A stretch of DNA of 64,000 nucleotides from Longimicrobiales bacterium (GCA_965202805.1 OZ241869.1:2060652-2124651); one strand, 5' to 3'. Positions 28,613 to 37,401 are shown, counted from the first letter of the stretch. Notes: generated by a model from the letters alone, not told the origin. Numbers and translations: made by a program.

Positions 28613-28746
28613 CCGCAAGACGGTTCTCCGATCGAACCGGGATGCGTCTTGCAAGTTTCCGTTCGATCCGCAAGTCATTTTGCAGTCTTGCGATCAAACC
28701 GATAATCGTCTTGCGAAATGCCGATCGTTCGCCGAATCGCAAGACG
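28613..28746. repeat. cluster of short inverted/direct repeats (six CGCAAGAC/GTCTTGCG copies plus GATCGAAC-type copies) in a convergent spacer
   Basis: cgcaagacg at 28614. gcgtcttgc at 28644. cgcaagtc at 28670. gtcttgcg at 28685. cgtcttgcg at 28707. cgcaagacg at 28738. gatcgaac at 28630 and gttcgatc at 28661. The outermost pairs form 8-9 bp stems with 22-nt loops. Confidence 0.7.
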
Positions 28747-28775
28747 CTCGCGGGCAGGCGGCCGTCCGCGAGCCG

Positions 28776-30002
28776 TCAGTCGTCCGCAGGCGGCCCGCCC
28801 CCGCCCCCCACCCATCGGTCGACCACCACCGAAGTAGTGATCTGCCCCCACAGGTTGGTCACCGTGCGGAACATGTCGGGGATGCGGTCGATGCCGAGCA
28901 GGATGCCCAGCCCGCCCAGCGGCACTCCCGCCACGTCCAGGGCGGGCGCCATGGTGAAGATGCTCGCCGACGGCACCGGCGCGATGGTGAGCGCGACCAG
29001 GAAGACCGCGAGCACCGCCCCGCCGGCCGCGGCGAGCGGGAACGGCACCTCGAACAGGTGCGCCAGGAAGACCACCGCGGCCCCCTGGAAGAGCGCGCTG
29101 CCGGGCCGGTAGAGCGACGCGCCCAGCGGCAGCACCAGGTCGGCGACGTTGTCCGACACGCCCAGCTTCCCGCTCGCCTCCTGGAGCGACGCCGGGAGGG
29201 CGGCCACCGTGCTGGTGCTCGCAAACGCGATGGAGGTGGCCCCGAACACGCCGGTCACGAAGCGCCCCGGGCCGATGCCGCCCACCCAGCGCAGCAACAC
29301 CAGGAACACCCCGCCGGTGAACAGGACGAGCCCCGCGAGCACGGCCGCAACGAAGATCGCCAGGCTCTGCACGAGGTCCCACCCGAGCTGCGCGGTCACC
29401 GGGGCGGCCAGCCCGAACACCCCCACCGGCGCGCACCAGAGCACCCACCAGACCAGCTTGACGAGCGTCGCGGAGACCGCCTCGGCGAAGGCGAGCAGCT
29501 GCTCCTTGTGCTTTCCGCCGAGCGCCGCCGCAGCCGCCCCGAAGAGCGCCGTGAACACGATCAGCGGGAGCAGGCTCCCCGCCGAGGCCGCCGCGAAGGG
29601 GTTGGGCGGCACCAGGGTCACGAGGAAGTCGACCACCCCGGGGATCTCGGGGGCGGCCTGGTCGCCCGCCGCCGGCATCGCGATGTCGGGCGCGAAACGC
29701 AGGAAGAAGGCCATGCTGGCCATCCCCAGCACGATCGCCGGCGGGGTGGTGATCCAGTAGAAGCCGAGGGTGGTGCCGCCCAGCCGCCCCAGCTTGCGCA
29801 GGTCGCCGAGGCGGGCCACCCCGATGAAGATGACCGCCATCACCAGCGGGATAACCACCATGCGGATGGCGTTCATGAAGACGGTGCCGATGGGAGCGGA
29901 CGCCAGCGCCACGGCCATGAGGGCGTCCGACCCGGTGGCCGCGGCGAGCAGCCCGACCGCGAAACCCAGCACGAGCCCCGCGGCGATGAGGATGTGCAGC
30001 AT
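28776..30002 (-). CDS. dicarboxylate/amino acid:cation symporter (DAACS family)
   Basis: ATG 30002 (MLHILIAAGLVLG...). Polytopic, with DAACS-like segments (FMNAIRMVVIPLVMAVIF, GATSIAFASTSTVAALP, ILLGIDRIPDMFRTVTNLWG). Confidence 0.85.
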   Translation of the reverse strand: MLHILIAAGLVLGFAVGLLAAATGSDALMAVALASAPIGTVFMNAIRMVVIPLVMAVIFIGVARLGDLRKLGRLGGTTLGFYWITTPPAIVLGMASMAFFLRFAPDIAMPAAGDQAAPEIPGVVDFLVTLVPPNPFAAASAGSLLPLIVFTALFGAAAAALGGKHKEQLLAFAEAVSATLVKLVWWVLWCAPVGVFGLAAPVTAQLGWDLVQSLAIFVAAVLAGLVLFTGGVFLVLLRWVGGIGPGRFVTGVFGATSIAFASTSTVAALPASLQEASGKLGVSDNVADLVLPLGASLYRPGSALFQGAAVVFLAHLFEVPFPLAAAGGAVLAVFLVALTIAPVPSASIFTMAPALDVAGVPLGGLGILLGIDRIPDMFRTVTNLWGQITTSVVVDRWVGGGGGPPADD

Positions 30003-30237
30003 GGGAGTACTCCGGGCTGGAGTTCGGGCGCCGGCGGCTGGACCGCGCCGGCGGGGCTGCACCGATGCTACGCCGCGGCCTTTCCGCCCGGCAACCCCAC
30101 CCCTGCTGCAACACCGCCGCCTTCAGCCGCCACCGGTCGGCGCCTCCGCGCGTCCCGGGTCGCGCAGCGCTTGCCTCCCGTCCAATCGCAGCGGAACCGG
30201 TGTATCTTCCTCCAGCCCCCAACCCGGAGACCCGCCC

Positions 30238-30648
30238 GTGAACGATCCGTACTTCCTCGCGATCGCCGTCCTCGGCGGCCTTCTCGCCCTCGCCGCCCTC
30301 GTCCTCGCCATCGTGCTGCGGCGCTACACCCGGCTGCGTCTGGAGCTGCCGGCCAGGCTGCGGGAGGCGCGGGAGGACGCGGTGGCGCGCAGCACGGCGG
30401 TCACGCGCGGGCAGGCGTTCGAGCACCTGGCGCCCTTCATGGACGACTTCGGCTACCATCCCCGCGACGCCCGCTTTCTGGGGAGCCCCATCGACCTCGT
30501 CGTATTCGACGGCCTCGGCGAGGCGGATGTGCGCGAGATCGTCTTCGTGGAGGTCAAGACGGGCCGTTCCCGCCTGAGCGCGCGTGAGCGGGCGGTGCGG
30601 AAAGCCGTGCTCGAACGGCGGGTGAGGTGGCGAGAGCTGCGGGCCTGA
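30238..30648 (+). CDS. membrane-anchored Holliday-junction-resolvase-like (COG4741-type) predicted endonuclease
   Basis: GTG 30238 is in frame with ORF 29770..30648. N-terminal TM helix (FLAIAVLGGLLALAALVLAIVL). C-terminal PIDLVVFDG...VFVEVKTGRSRLSARE fits a PD-(D/E)xK / Hjc-like core. Confidence 0.55.
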   Translation: MNDPYFLAIAVLGGLLALAALVLAIVLRRYTRLRLELPARLREAREDAVARSTAVTRGQAFEHLAPFMDDFGYHPRDARFLGSPIDLVVFDGLGEADVREIVFVEVKTGRSRLSARERAVRKAVLERRVRWRELRA

Positions 30649-30661
30649 CTAAGATACTCGC

Positions 30662-32440
30662 ATGACATACGAAATCGTGTTCGTGCTTGTGGTTGCGGCG
30701 GCGGCCCTGGTGCTCTTCGCCATGGACCGCATCCGGCTCGACCAGCTCTCCATGTCGGTTCCGGTGGTGCTCCTGCTGGGCGGGATCATCGGTCCGCGCG
30801 AGGCGCTTTCGGGCCTCTCCAGCGAGGCCACCGTAACCGTGGCGGCGATGCTGGTGCTCGGCCTCGGGCTGCGCAAGACGGGGCTGGTGGCGGCGATCGG
30901 CATCTGGGCGCGCACGGCGCCGCTGGGCGGCAAGACCCTGCGCATGTTCATCCTCTGCCTGCTGGTGGCCTTTCTGTCGCCGTTCCTGAACAACACCGCG
31001 GTGGTGATCGTGTTCATACCGGTGTTCGCGGCGCTCGCGGACCAGGCCGACGAGCCGGTCTCGCTGTACCTGATGCCGCTGTCGTTCGTGGCCATCATGG
31101 GGGGAACGGTCACCCTCATCGGGACCGCCACCAACCTGGTCGTGCACGGGGAGGCGGTCGCGCGCGGGTTCGACGAGCTGACCATGTTCTCCATCGCGCC
31201 GGTGGGGCTGATCTGCCTGGCGGTGGGGATGCTCTACCTCTTCACCATCGGACGGCGCCAGATGCCCCGCCGGGAGCGGCCGCCGGACCTGTCCAGCCGC
31301 TACGGCGTGCGCCGGTTCACGACCGAGCTGCGGGTGGGACAGGGCTCGCCCGCGGCCGGGCGCACGCTGGCCGAGTTGCGATGGGGCGAGCGCTTCGACG
31401 TCGTGGTCGTGGGGATCGAGCGCGCTGGACGGACCATCTCCCTCCCCGCCGGCGAGCGCGTCATCGAGGCCGGGGACAGGCTCTACGCCCAGGGCGCGGC
31501 GGACAACCTGCTGAGTCTCGCCCAGGTGCAGCGACTGGATACGCCCGAAGGGAAGCCGCCTCAGGCGGCGAGTGAGAATGTCGTCGGGGGACGCATGGTG
31601 GAGGTCATCATGGGGCCGGGTTCGGCGCTCGTGGGGCGGACGCTGAAGGATCTCTCCTTTGCCCAGCGCTACGACGTGACCGTTCTCGGGGTCCAGAGCC
31701 ACGGCACGACCGTCACCGACCGGATCGCCCAGATGGAGTTCTCCGTGGGCGACATCATCCTGGTGCGCGGGGAGGCGGGCGCGCTCGATCGCCTGGCCGA
31801 CGAGCCGGGCTTCATCCTGATGGCCGAGGTGGACCACCCGGTGGGCAGCCGGCCGCGCGCAGCCTTCGCGGCCGCCATCATGGCCGGGGTGGTGCTGGTC
31901 GCGAGCGTCGGCCTCTTCCCGATCTCCACCTCGGCCATGGCCGGGGTGGCGCTCATGGTGTTCACGGGGTGCGTGCGCGTCAACGAGATCTACGCGGAGC
32001 TGGACTGGCTGGTGGTGTTCGTGATGGCCGGGCTCATCCCGCTTGGGCTGGCGATGGAGTCGTCGGGCGCGGCCGCCTGGATCGCCTCGGGCGTGGTGGA
32101 CGCGACCTCCGGGCTCGGCGAGACCGGGATGATCGGGGCGTTCTACCTGCTGACGGCGGTCATGACCGCTGTGGTGGCCAACACCGCCACGGCAGTGATG
32201 CTCACCCCGGTCGCCATCCTGGTGGCGGAGAATGCAGGACTCAACCCCTACGCCCTGCTGGTGACGGTCATGTTCGGGGCCTCGGCCTCCTTCGTCACCC
32301 CCTTCGGCTACAAGACCAACGTGATGGTCTACTCTCCAGGCGGATACCGCTTCATGGACTTCGTGAAGGTGGGAGGCCCGCTCAACCTGCTGCTCGCCAT
32401 CGTAGCCTCGATCTGCATCCCGTTCTTCTGGCCGAGCTGA
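30662..32440 (+). CDS. SLC13/DASS-type permease with two internal TrkA-C (RCK_C) domains
   Basis: 592 aa. Two polytopic halves flank two tandem ~80-aa soluble domains (LRVGQGSPAAGRTLAEL...; VIMGPGSALVGRTLKDL...). Confidence 0.85.
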   Translation: MTYEIVFVLVVAAAALVLFAMDRIRLDQLSMSVPVVLLLGGIIGPREALSGLSSEATVTVAAMLVLGLGLRKTGLVAAIGIWARTAPLGGKTLRMFILCLLVAFLSPFLNNTAVVIVFIPVFAALADQADEPVSLYLMPLSFVAIMGGTVTLIGTATNLVVHGEAVARGFDELTMFSIAPVGLICLAVGMLYLFTIGRRQMPRRERPPDLSSRYGVRRFTTELRVGQGSPAAGRTLAELRWGERFDVVVVGIERAGRTISLPAGERVIEAGDRLYAQGAADNLLSLAQVQRLDTPEGKPPQAASENVVGGRMVEVIMGPGSALVGRTLKDLSFAQRYDVTVLGVQSHGTTVTDRIAQMEFSVGDIILVRGEAGALDRLADEPGFILMAEVDHPVGSRPRAAFAAAIMAGVVLVASVGLFPISTSAMAGVALMVFTGCVRVNEIYAELDWLVVFVMAGLIPLGLAMESSGAAAWIASGVVDATSGLGETGMIGAFYLLTAVMTAVVANTATAVMLTPVAILVAENAGLNPYALLVTVMFGASASFVTPFGYKTNVMVYSPGGYRFMDFVKVGGPLNLLLAIVASICIPFFWPS

Positions 32441-32522
32441 GCTGCCGCGAGCCGACCCCGGACCCGCCGCGCGGATCAGGCCTCGCTTCACAAATCCCGC
32501 ACTCTGGCGAGAGATCCGGGAT

Positions 32523-32849
32523 ATGCGTACTGGCGCGGAGTGGGCCGACGTTGTGCCTCTGCGCGCGCCCGTCGACCGCAGAGGATCGGCGTACACCCCG
32601 CCGGACGCCTGGGCGTTCGACACATGGGCGACTCGAGACGCCGCCGGACGATCGGTGAACGGCGGGACGCGCAACGCCATCCGAAACGGGACTCTGTCCC
32701 CGCTACTCGCGATGGCGATTGATATGGACCAGCCAGCCGACACCACCCGCCACCTCCCCCTGGAACGCCTGACGAGCGATCACGTATGGTGCGGACAAGT
32801 GATCCGCATCCCCAACGAGGAGGCTGAATGTCTGAGGAACGAGGTGTGA
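32523..32849 (+). CDS. hypothetical protein (weak call)
   Basis: 108-aa ORF in an otherwise unassigned 570-bp gap. No recognisable domain and no clear SD. Confidence 0.2.
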   Translation: MRTGAEWADVVPLRAPVDRRGSAYTPPDAWAFDTWATRDAAGRSVNGGTRNAIRNGTLSPLLAMAIDMDQPADTTRHLPLERLTSDHVWCGQVIRIPNEEAECLRNEV

Positions 32850-32992
32850 CGTGGGTGGTGGTTGCGAGGACGTTCGTGTCCGTCGGGATCCTGCTGGCCC
32901 TCTGGCTGCAGACCCTCGCGAACGGACGAGCGATCGAAGCGTTGCGGGTGGAGCTGAGCGAGGCGCTGGCGCAGGTGGAGGCGCAGGACTAA
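32828..32992 (+). CDS. hypothetical small membrane protein (54 aa; below ORF-track cutoff)
   Basis: GAGGAGG lies 4 nt before ATG 32828. Reads MSEERGVTWVVVARTFVSVGILLALWLQTLANGRAIEALRVELSEALAQVEAQD: one TM helix plus an amphipathic tail. Confidence 0.3.
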   Translation: MSEERGVTWVVVARTFVSVGILLALWLQTLANGRAIEALRVELSEALAQVEAQD

Positions 32993-33011
32993 GGGACGCA
33001 GGACGGGTCTC

Positions 33012-34262
33012 TTACGGCCCCAGCGCCCCGATCGGAATCACGCTCACCCCGTCTTCCCGCGTGTAGCCGTAGCCGCTGCTCACGATCACACCGAGCGCTG
33101 CCGGCTCGCCCATGCGCTTCGGGTCCACCCGTTGCGCCAGTCGCAGCAGGTTGGCGGCTCCCGCGTCCGCCCGGCCCTCGCCAAGCTTGACCTCGAAGGC
33201 CGCCCAGCGGCCGTCGTTGGCCTGCACGATCGCGTCCACCTCCAGACCGCCCTTCTCGCGGTAGTGGAAGACCTCGGCATCGGCGGCCTGGGCATAGACG
33301 CGCAGATCCCGGATCACCATCGACTCGAAGAGGAGCCCAAGGAAGTCGAGGTCGCGAAGCAGCCGAGGAGGCGTCGCGCGGACGGCGGCCACGGCGAGCG
33401 ACGGGTCCGCAAGGTGCCGGACCGGCTTGCTCCTCAGAACCGATCTCGATCTCAGATGCGTGGGCCATGACGGCTGGTTCTCCACGATCATGATGCGCTC
33501 CAGCGCTCGAAGGTAGTCCGCCGCGGTGTGCTCCCTGATGGCGGACATGCCTTCGCCGGTGTCCGAGGCGAGGGTTGCGGTCGCCACGGGTGTCGCGACG
33601 TTCCTCGCCAGAGACCGAAGGAGCATGCCCACCCGCACAGGGTCTCGCTTTCTGCCATCGCCATTGGCGATGTCGAGGCGCCGGATCTCGTCGAGGTGAT
33701 CCCTGTTGGCACGGAGCGCCGTTTGCGTGCTGCGCCCAAGGTTGACGGGCCAGCCGCCTACGCAGATCAGCGCCGCCAGGTCATCGAGGAGGACTACCGA
33801 TCTGCCTGCCCTGGCGGGCGTCCCTTCCAGGAGACCGGCCAGCGAAATTTCGCCGGACGAATGACCCAACTCGAACAGTGAGAGCGGGCGCATGCGGAGA
33901 CGCGTCAGGCGTCCGGCACCGGTATGTCGGGTGGCGTCGTCAGCCGGCACCGCCGAACCGGTGAGGATGAACTGACCCGGCTGGCGCCGATCGTCCACGG
34001 CCCTGCGCACGTGGTTCCAGATCGCCGGCTCCAGCTGCCATTCGTCGATCAACCGCGGGACGTTGCCGACCAGCACGCGGGCCGGTTCGAGGCTGGCCAG
34101 GCGTCGCGCCACATCGTCGACGTCGAGCCTCACTTCGCTGGCGGCGATCTGCTGCGCCGTGGTGGTCTTTCCGCAGGCCCGAGGGCCCTCAATCACGACT
34201 GCGCCGGTGGCCTGCAAGCGCTCCGCCAGTTCGCGGTCGACGATTCTGGGCTGGTAAGTCAA
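33012..34262 (-). CDS. AAA-type ATPase with DUF4143-like C-terminal domain (second copy)
   Basis: Walker A GPRACGKTTT and LIDEWQ. Same architecture as 11237..12403. TTG 34262 (giving MTYQPRIVDREL...) is preferred to ATG 34391. The extra 43 aa from ATG 34391 are low-complexity and overlap the repeat array. Confidence 0.75.
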   Translation of the reverse strand: MTYQPRIVDRELAERLQATGAVVIEGPRACGKTTTAQQIAASEVRLDVDDVARRLASLEPARVLVGNVPRLIDEWQLEPAIWNHVRRAVDDRRQPGQFILTGSAVPADDATRHTGAGRLTRLRMRPLSLFELGHSSGEISLAGLLEGTPARAGRSVVLLDDLAALICVGGWPVNLGRSTQTALRANRDHLDEIRRLDIANGDGRKRDPVRVGMLLRSLARNVATPVATATLASDTGEGMSAIREHTAADYLRALERIMIVENQPSWPTHLRSRSVLRSKPVRHLADPSLAVAAVRATPPRLLRDLDFLGLLFESMVIRDLRVYAQAADAEVFHYREKGGLEVDAIVQANDGRWAAFEVKLGEGRADAGAANLLRLAQRVDPKRMGEPAALGVIVSSGYGYTREDGVSVIPIGALGP

Positions 34263-34372
34263 GTTGGTACCGGCATGGGGGCAGGCGAATCCGGTTGATC
34301 GAAGATGGCCGGGGGTCTGTCGGGCGCAGGCGCACGAGGATGGTAACCGTAGGGAAGACTTCGGAAAAGGTG

Positions 34373-34464
34373 TCAGCGTCAGATTCGGCATCGTATCAGC
34401 GTCAGAAATAGCGTATTACCGACGACAGAAATATCTCATCGTCAACGTCAGAAATGGCGCAGAC
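34373..34464. repeat. four direct repeats with exact 23-bp period (TCAGCGTCAGAAAT-type), iteron-like
   Basis: Unit starts are 34373, 34396, 34419 and 34442. The 11-mer tcagcgtcaga is identical in units 1 and 2, matches 10/11 in unit 4 and 7/11 in unit 3. Local G+C is lower than in the flanks. Confidence 0.8.
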
Positions 34465-34468
34465 GGGC

Positions 34469-34492
34469 GGAGAGTTTCAGCTGAAACTCTCC
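34469..34492. repeat. 24-bp perfect palindrome GGAGAGTTTCAGCTGAAACTCTCC
   Basis: Verified base by base. It directly follows the 23-bp repeat array and lies 63 bp downstream of the HD-gene stop (34555). Confidence 0.9.
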
Positions 34493-34554
34493 TGGGCTCG
34501 TCGATCCCCGCGCCAATCAGGGCCCGGCAGGCGGCCACCCGCTGAGCCGTCCGC

Positions 34555-35151
34555 TCAGGAACCCTCCCTCGGCGCCAGGCTGAACGGTTCCCGCGCGAAC
34601 ACCCGGCGCACCATCGGCTCGAAGAACTCCAGCGGCAGCGACTCATAGTCGGGATCGAACGCGCACTGGTCCCAGCGGTGACAGAAGTCCACGGCGTCCT
34701 GATACCAGGGATGGTCGCGGTACTTGTCGCGAGCGTTGCGGTCGCCGCCCATGTGATGGGCGTAGTAGTAGTACTGGAACAGGCCGTGGTGGCGGACGAT
34801 CCAGTGGGTTCGTTCGGTCACGTAGGGGCGGAGCAGCAGCGCGGACAACTCGCCGTGGCTGTGAGGGGCCAGGAGGTCGTCCATGTCGTGGAGAAGCGCC
34901 GCCACCACCATCTCCTCTTCCGCGCCGTCGCGATGGGCGCGGGTCGCGGTCTGCAGCGAATGCTCCAGCCGGTCGACCTGGTAGCCGGAGAGCGAACCCG
35001 ACAGCTCGCGGAGATGCGCCAGCACCCGGTCGGCGGTACCGGCGGCGAACTCCTCCTCGAGTTCGTCGAGCAGCTCGTAGTCCTCGCGGGTGCCGTCCGC
35101 CATGCGGGTGAAGCTCACCACGGGGCCGCCGGGCCTTGCCATGTCGTCCAT
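34555..35151 (-). CDS. HD-domain mixed-valent diiron oxygenase-like protein (PhnZ/TmpB-like, COG4341-type)
   Basis: RLEHSLQTATRAHRDGAEEEMVVAALLHDMDD closely parallels the PhnZ segment QLEHSLQ...ADNEMVLAALLHD as I recall it. Further His/Asp ligand candidates: HWIVRHH and HRWDQCAFD. 198 aa. Confidence 0.75.
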   Translation of the reverse strand: MDDMARPGGPVVSFTRMADGTREDYELLDELEEEFAAGTADRVLAHLRELSGSLSGYQVDRLEHSLQTATRAHRDGAEEEMVVAALLHDMDDLLAPHSHGELSALLLRPYVTERTHWIVRHHGLFQYYYYAHHMGGDRNARDKYRDHPWYQDAVDFCHRWDQCAFDPDYESLPLEFFEPMVRRVFAREPFSLAPREGS

Positions 35152-35372
35152 TGCGCGTCACTCCCGCGATGAGGGCTCCTGGTCACGCAGCGTGCGCCGA
35201 AGCGCAGAGATGTGTCAAGCGGGCGCCGGCTTGCCCGGACCGGGGACCGATCCTGATGGGACCACCCCCCTCGGAGCCGGTGCTTGACGCGCGCGCCATG
35301 GGTGCACTCTGATACTCCATAGTGGCCGGGTGCGCTCCGCCCCGGGCTTCGACGGACCTGAGGAGGCCTACC

Positions 35373-36488
35373 ATGCATGACTCGATCAGCAGCCTCACCC
35401 GGAATGGGGACGCCCTGTCCGCAGTCTGGGCCGGCGGCGAACGGACCGACCTTCCCTACCTCTGGCTGCGCGACAATTGCGGGTGCAGCGAGTGCCGCGT
35501 CGTGCAGACCACCGAGAAGCGATTCCACCTCTTCCGGGTCGACAAGGACCTGAGACCAGCGCAAGCCACCATCGAATGTGCCGGATCCGCCGACGAGGCG
35601 ATCTCCATCGCCTGGCCGGACGGGCACCAATCGCGCTACCGCTCGAGCGAGATCCGCGGCCTCCTGAGCAGGCCTCGTTCCGACCTGCGCTACTGGGACG
35701 GCCGGTTCCAGCCGCGGAGGTTCGACTACCAGCGGTTCCTGGCGAGCGACCGCGCGGCGGCGGAGCTGATCGAGGAGTTTCTGCAGACCGGCGTCTGCGT
35801 GCTGATCGACGCCCCCACCGAACCGGATTCGTCCGAGCAGCTCGCGCGCCGCCTGGGCCCCGTCCGCGAGGTGCTGTTCGAGCGCATCCACAACGTCGTG
35901 CTCGATCCGAAGGGATACAACATCGCGCACACGGGTCTGGCGGTCGCGGCGCATAACGACTTCACCAGCTACACCTGGCCGCCGAGCGTGCAGGCGCTGC
36001 ACATGCTGGTGAACGAGTGCGAGGGCGGCGAATCCATCGTCGTGGACGGCTTCGGCCTGCTCAACGGGCTCCGCCGCGATCATCCCGACAAGTTCGACGT
36101 GCTGTGCGCGGTGCCGGTGCCGTTCCGCATCTTCAGCGAGCGATACGAGGTCTACGCGGCCAACCCCATGGTCGAGCTCGACAGCGCCGGCGAGGTCAGG
36201 CTGATGCGCTTCAACACCGCGCAGATGCAGGCCGTGCCTCTCTCGGAGCCGCGGCTGGGCGACTTCTACGCCGCGTACCACGAGCTTTCCAGGCGCGTGA
36301 ATGACCCTGGCGCGCAGGTGACCTTCCGGTTGGAGGGCGGGCAGGTGCTGCTGTGCGCCGGGCACCGGGTGCTGCACGGTCGTACCGCGCTGCGTTCCAA
36401 GGGACAGCGCCACCTGCAGGACGCCTACTTCGAGCACGACAACGTGCGCACCCACCTCAGGTGGCTGCGCCTCAGCGGCCGGATCTGA
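35373..36488 (+). CDS. gamma-butyrobetaine-hydroxylase-like Fe(II)/2-oxoglutarate oxygenase (TmpA/PhnY-like)
   Basis: GAGGAGG SD before ATG 35373. N-terminal DUF971/BBOX zinc motif NCGCSEC. HxD facial triad AAHNDF with distal His HRVLHGR. 371 aa. Confidence 0.8.
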   Translation: MHDSISSLTRNGDALSAVWAGGERTDLPYLWLRDNCGCSECRVVQTTEKRFHLFRVDKDLRPAQATIECAGSADEAISIAWPDGHQSRYRSSEIRGLLSRPRSDLRYWDGRFQPRRFDYQRFLASDRAAAELIEEFLQTGVCVLIDAPTEPDSSEQLARRLGPVREVLFERIHNVVLDPKGYNIAHTGLAVAAHNDFTSYTWPPSVQALHMLVNECEGGESIVVDGFGLLNGLRRDHPDKFDVLCAVPVPFRIFSERYEVYAANPMVELDSAGEVRLMRFNTAQMQAVPLSEPRLGDFYAAYHELSRRVNDPGAQVTFRLEGGQVLLCAGHRVLHGRTALRSKGQRHLQDAYFEHDNVRTHLRWLRLSGRI

Positions 36489-36501
36489 AGGCCGAAGGCC
36501 C

Positions 36502-37401
36502 GTGGGGGACCACCCGCCGACTCCTTCTGAGACCGGGATTCAAGCTGCACTCTCCGGCTTGTGCCTCGGCGCCTCGGTGGAGATCCTGCCGGGTCGGCTG
36601 CCGTCTCCGGAAGTCCTCGCCGGCCACCTCCCGCGCGGTGCCTCCGTCTATATTCCGTTCCCTCCGAAGGGCCGGTGGTTCGATACCATCGACGCCTGTG
36701 AACAGGTGCTGGCGGCGGGCATGAAGCCGGTGCCCCATCTGCCGGCGCGCTCGGTGCAGAGCGCGGGCGAACTCGACGACTGGCTGGCCGCAGCGGTGGG
36801 GACGGGAGTGGACTCCCTGATGCTGGTGGCCGGAGACCGCGCCACACCCGCCGGCCCCTACCCCGATACGCCGGCCCTGCTCGACTCCGGGCTCCTCGCC
36901 AGGCACAATCTCCGGCGGTTCGGCGTCACCTCGTATCCGGAGGGGCACCCCCTGGTCGGCCAGACCGATCTGGATGCAGCACTCCGGCGCAAGACGGAAT
37001 ACGCCCGGACGACGGGTTCGGAACTCTGGATCGTAACCCAGTTCGTGTTCTCGCCTGCCCCGGCGCTCGCCTGGCTGGCGCGGACGAGGGACGCAGGTTG
37101 CACGCTGCCGGTTCGCATCGGCATGCCGGGGCCGGTCGCGCTGAAGACGCTGATCGGATACGCGGTCCGCTCCGGCGTCGTGGCGTCCGCGCGGGCGCTG
37201 AAGCGCAAGCCCGGCATCGCGCGGTTGGCGGGCAGATGGTCGCCGACCCCCATTGCCCTGGCGCTGGCCCGGCACCTGGCGGCACACGAGAACACGCTGG
37301 GCGTCGACATTCATCTGTTTACCTTCGGTGGGCCGGCGGACGCCGCCGAATGGCTGTCAACTCTCCCCAATGAACTCTTTTGTTCGCCAGAATCGGGCTG
37401 A
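36502..37401 (+). CDS. methylenetetrahydrofolate reductase (MetF)-like protein
   Basis: GTG start 13 nt after the upstream stop. TIM-barrel MTHFR-like segments (VEILPGR..., MLVAGDRATPAGPY..., VTSYPEGHPLV..., IVTQFVFS...). Confidence 0.7.
   Translation: MGDHPPTPSETGIQAALSGLCLGASVEILPGRLPSPEVLAGHLPRGASVYIPFPPKGRWFDTIDACEQVLAAGMKPVPHLPARSVQSAGELDDWLAAAVGTGVDSLMLVAGDRATPAGPYPDTPALLDSGLLARHNLRRFGVTSYPEGHPLVGQTDLDAALRRKTEYARTTGSELWIVTQFVFSPAPALAWLARTRDAGCTLPVRIGMPGPVALKTLIGYAVRSGVVASARALKRKPGIARLAGRWSPTPIALALARHLAAHENTLGVDIHLFTFGGPADAAEWLSTLPNELFCSPESG

Noticed and set aside
34474-34487. The 14-mer GTTTCAGCTGAAAC of the 24-bp palindrome also occurs inside the galactokinase gene (3977..3990) and, with one mismatch, in its relic copy (2887..2900)
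   Set aside because: The flanks share no similarity. In the kinase the sequence simply encodes FQLK. One extra exact 14-mer match is improbable but not impossible, and I have no mechanism linking them. Recorded only as a coincidence to re-test genome-wide.
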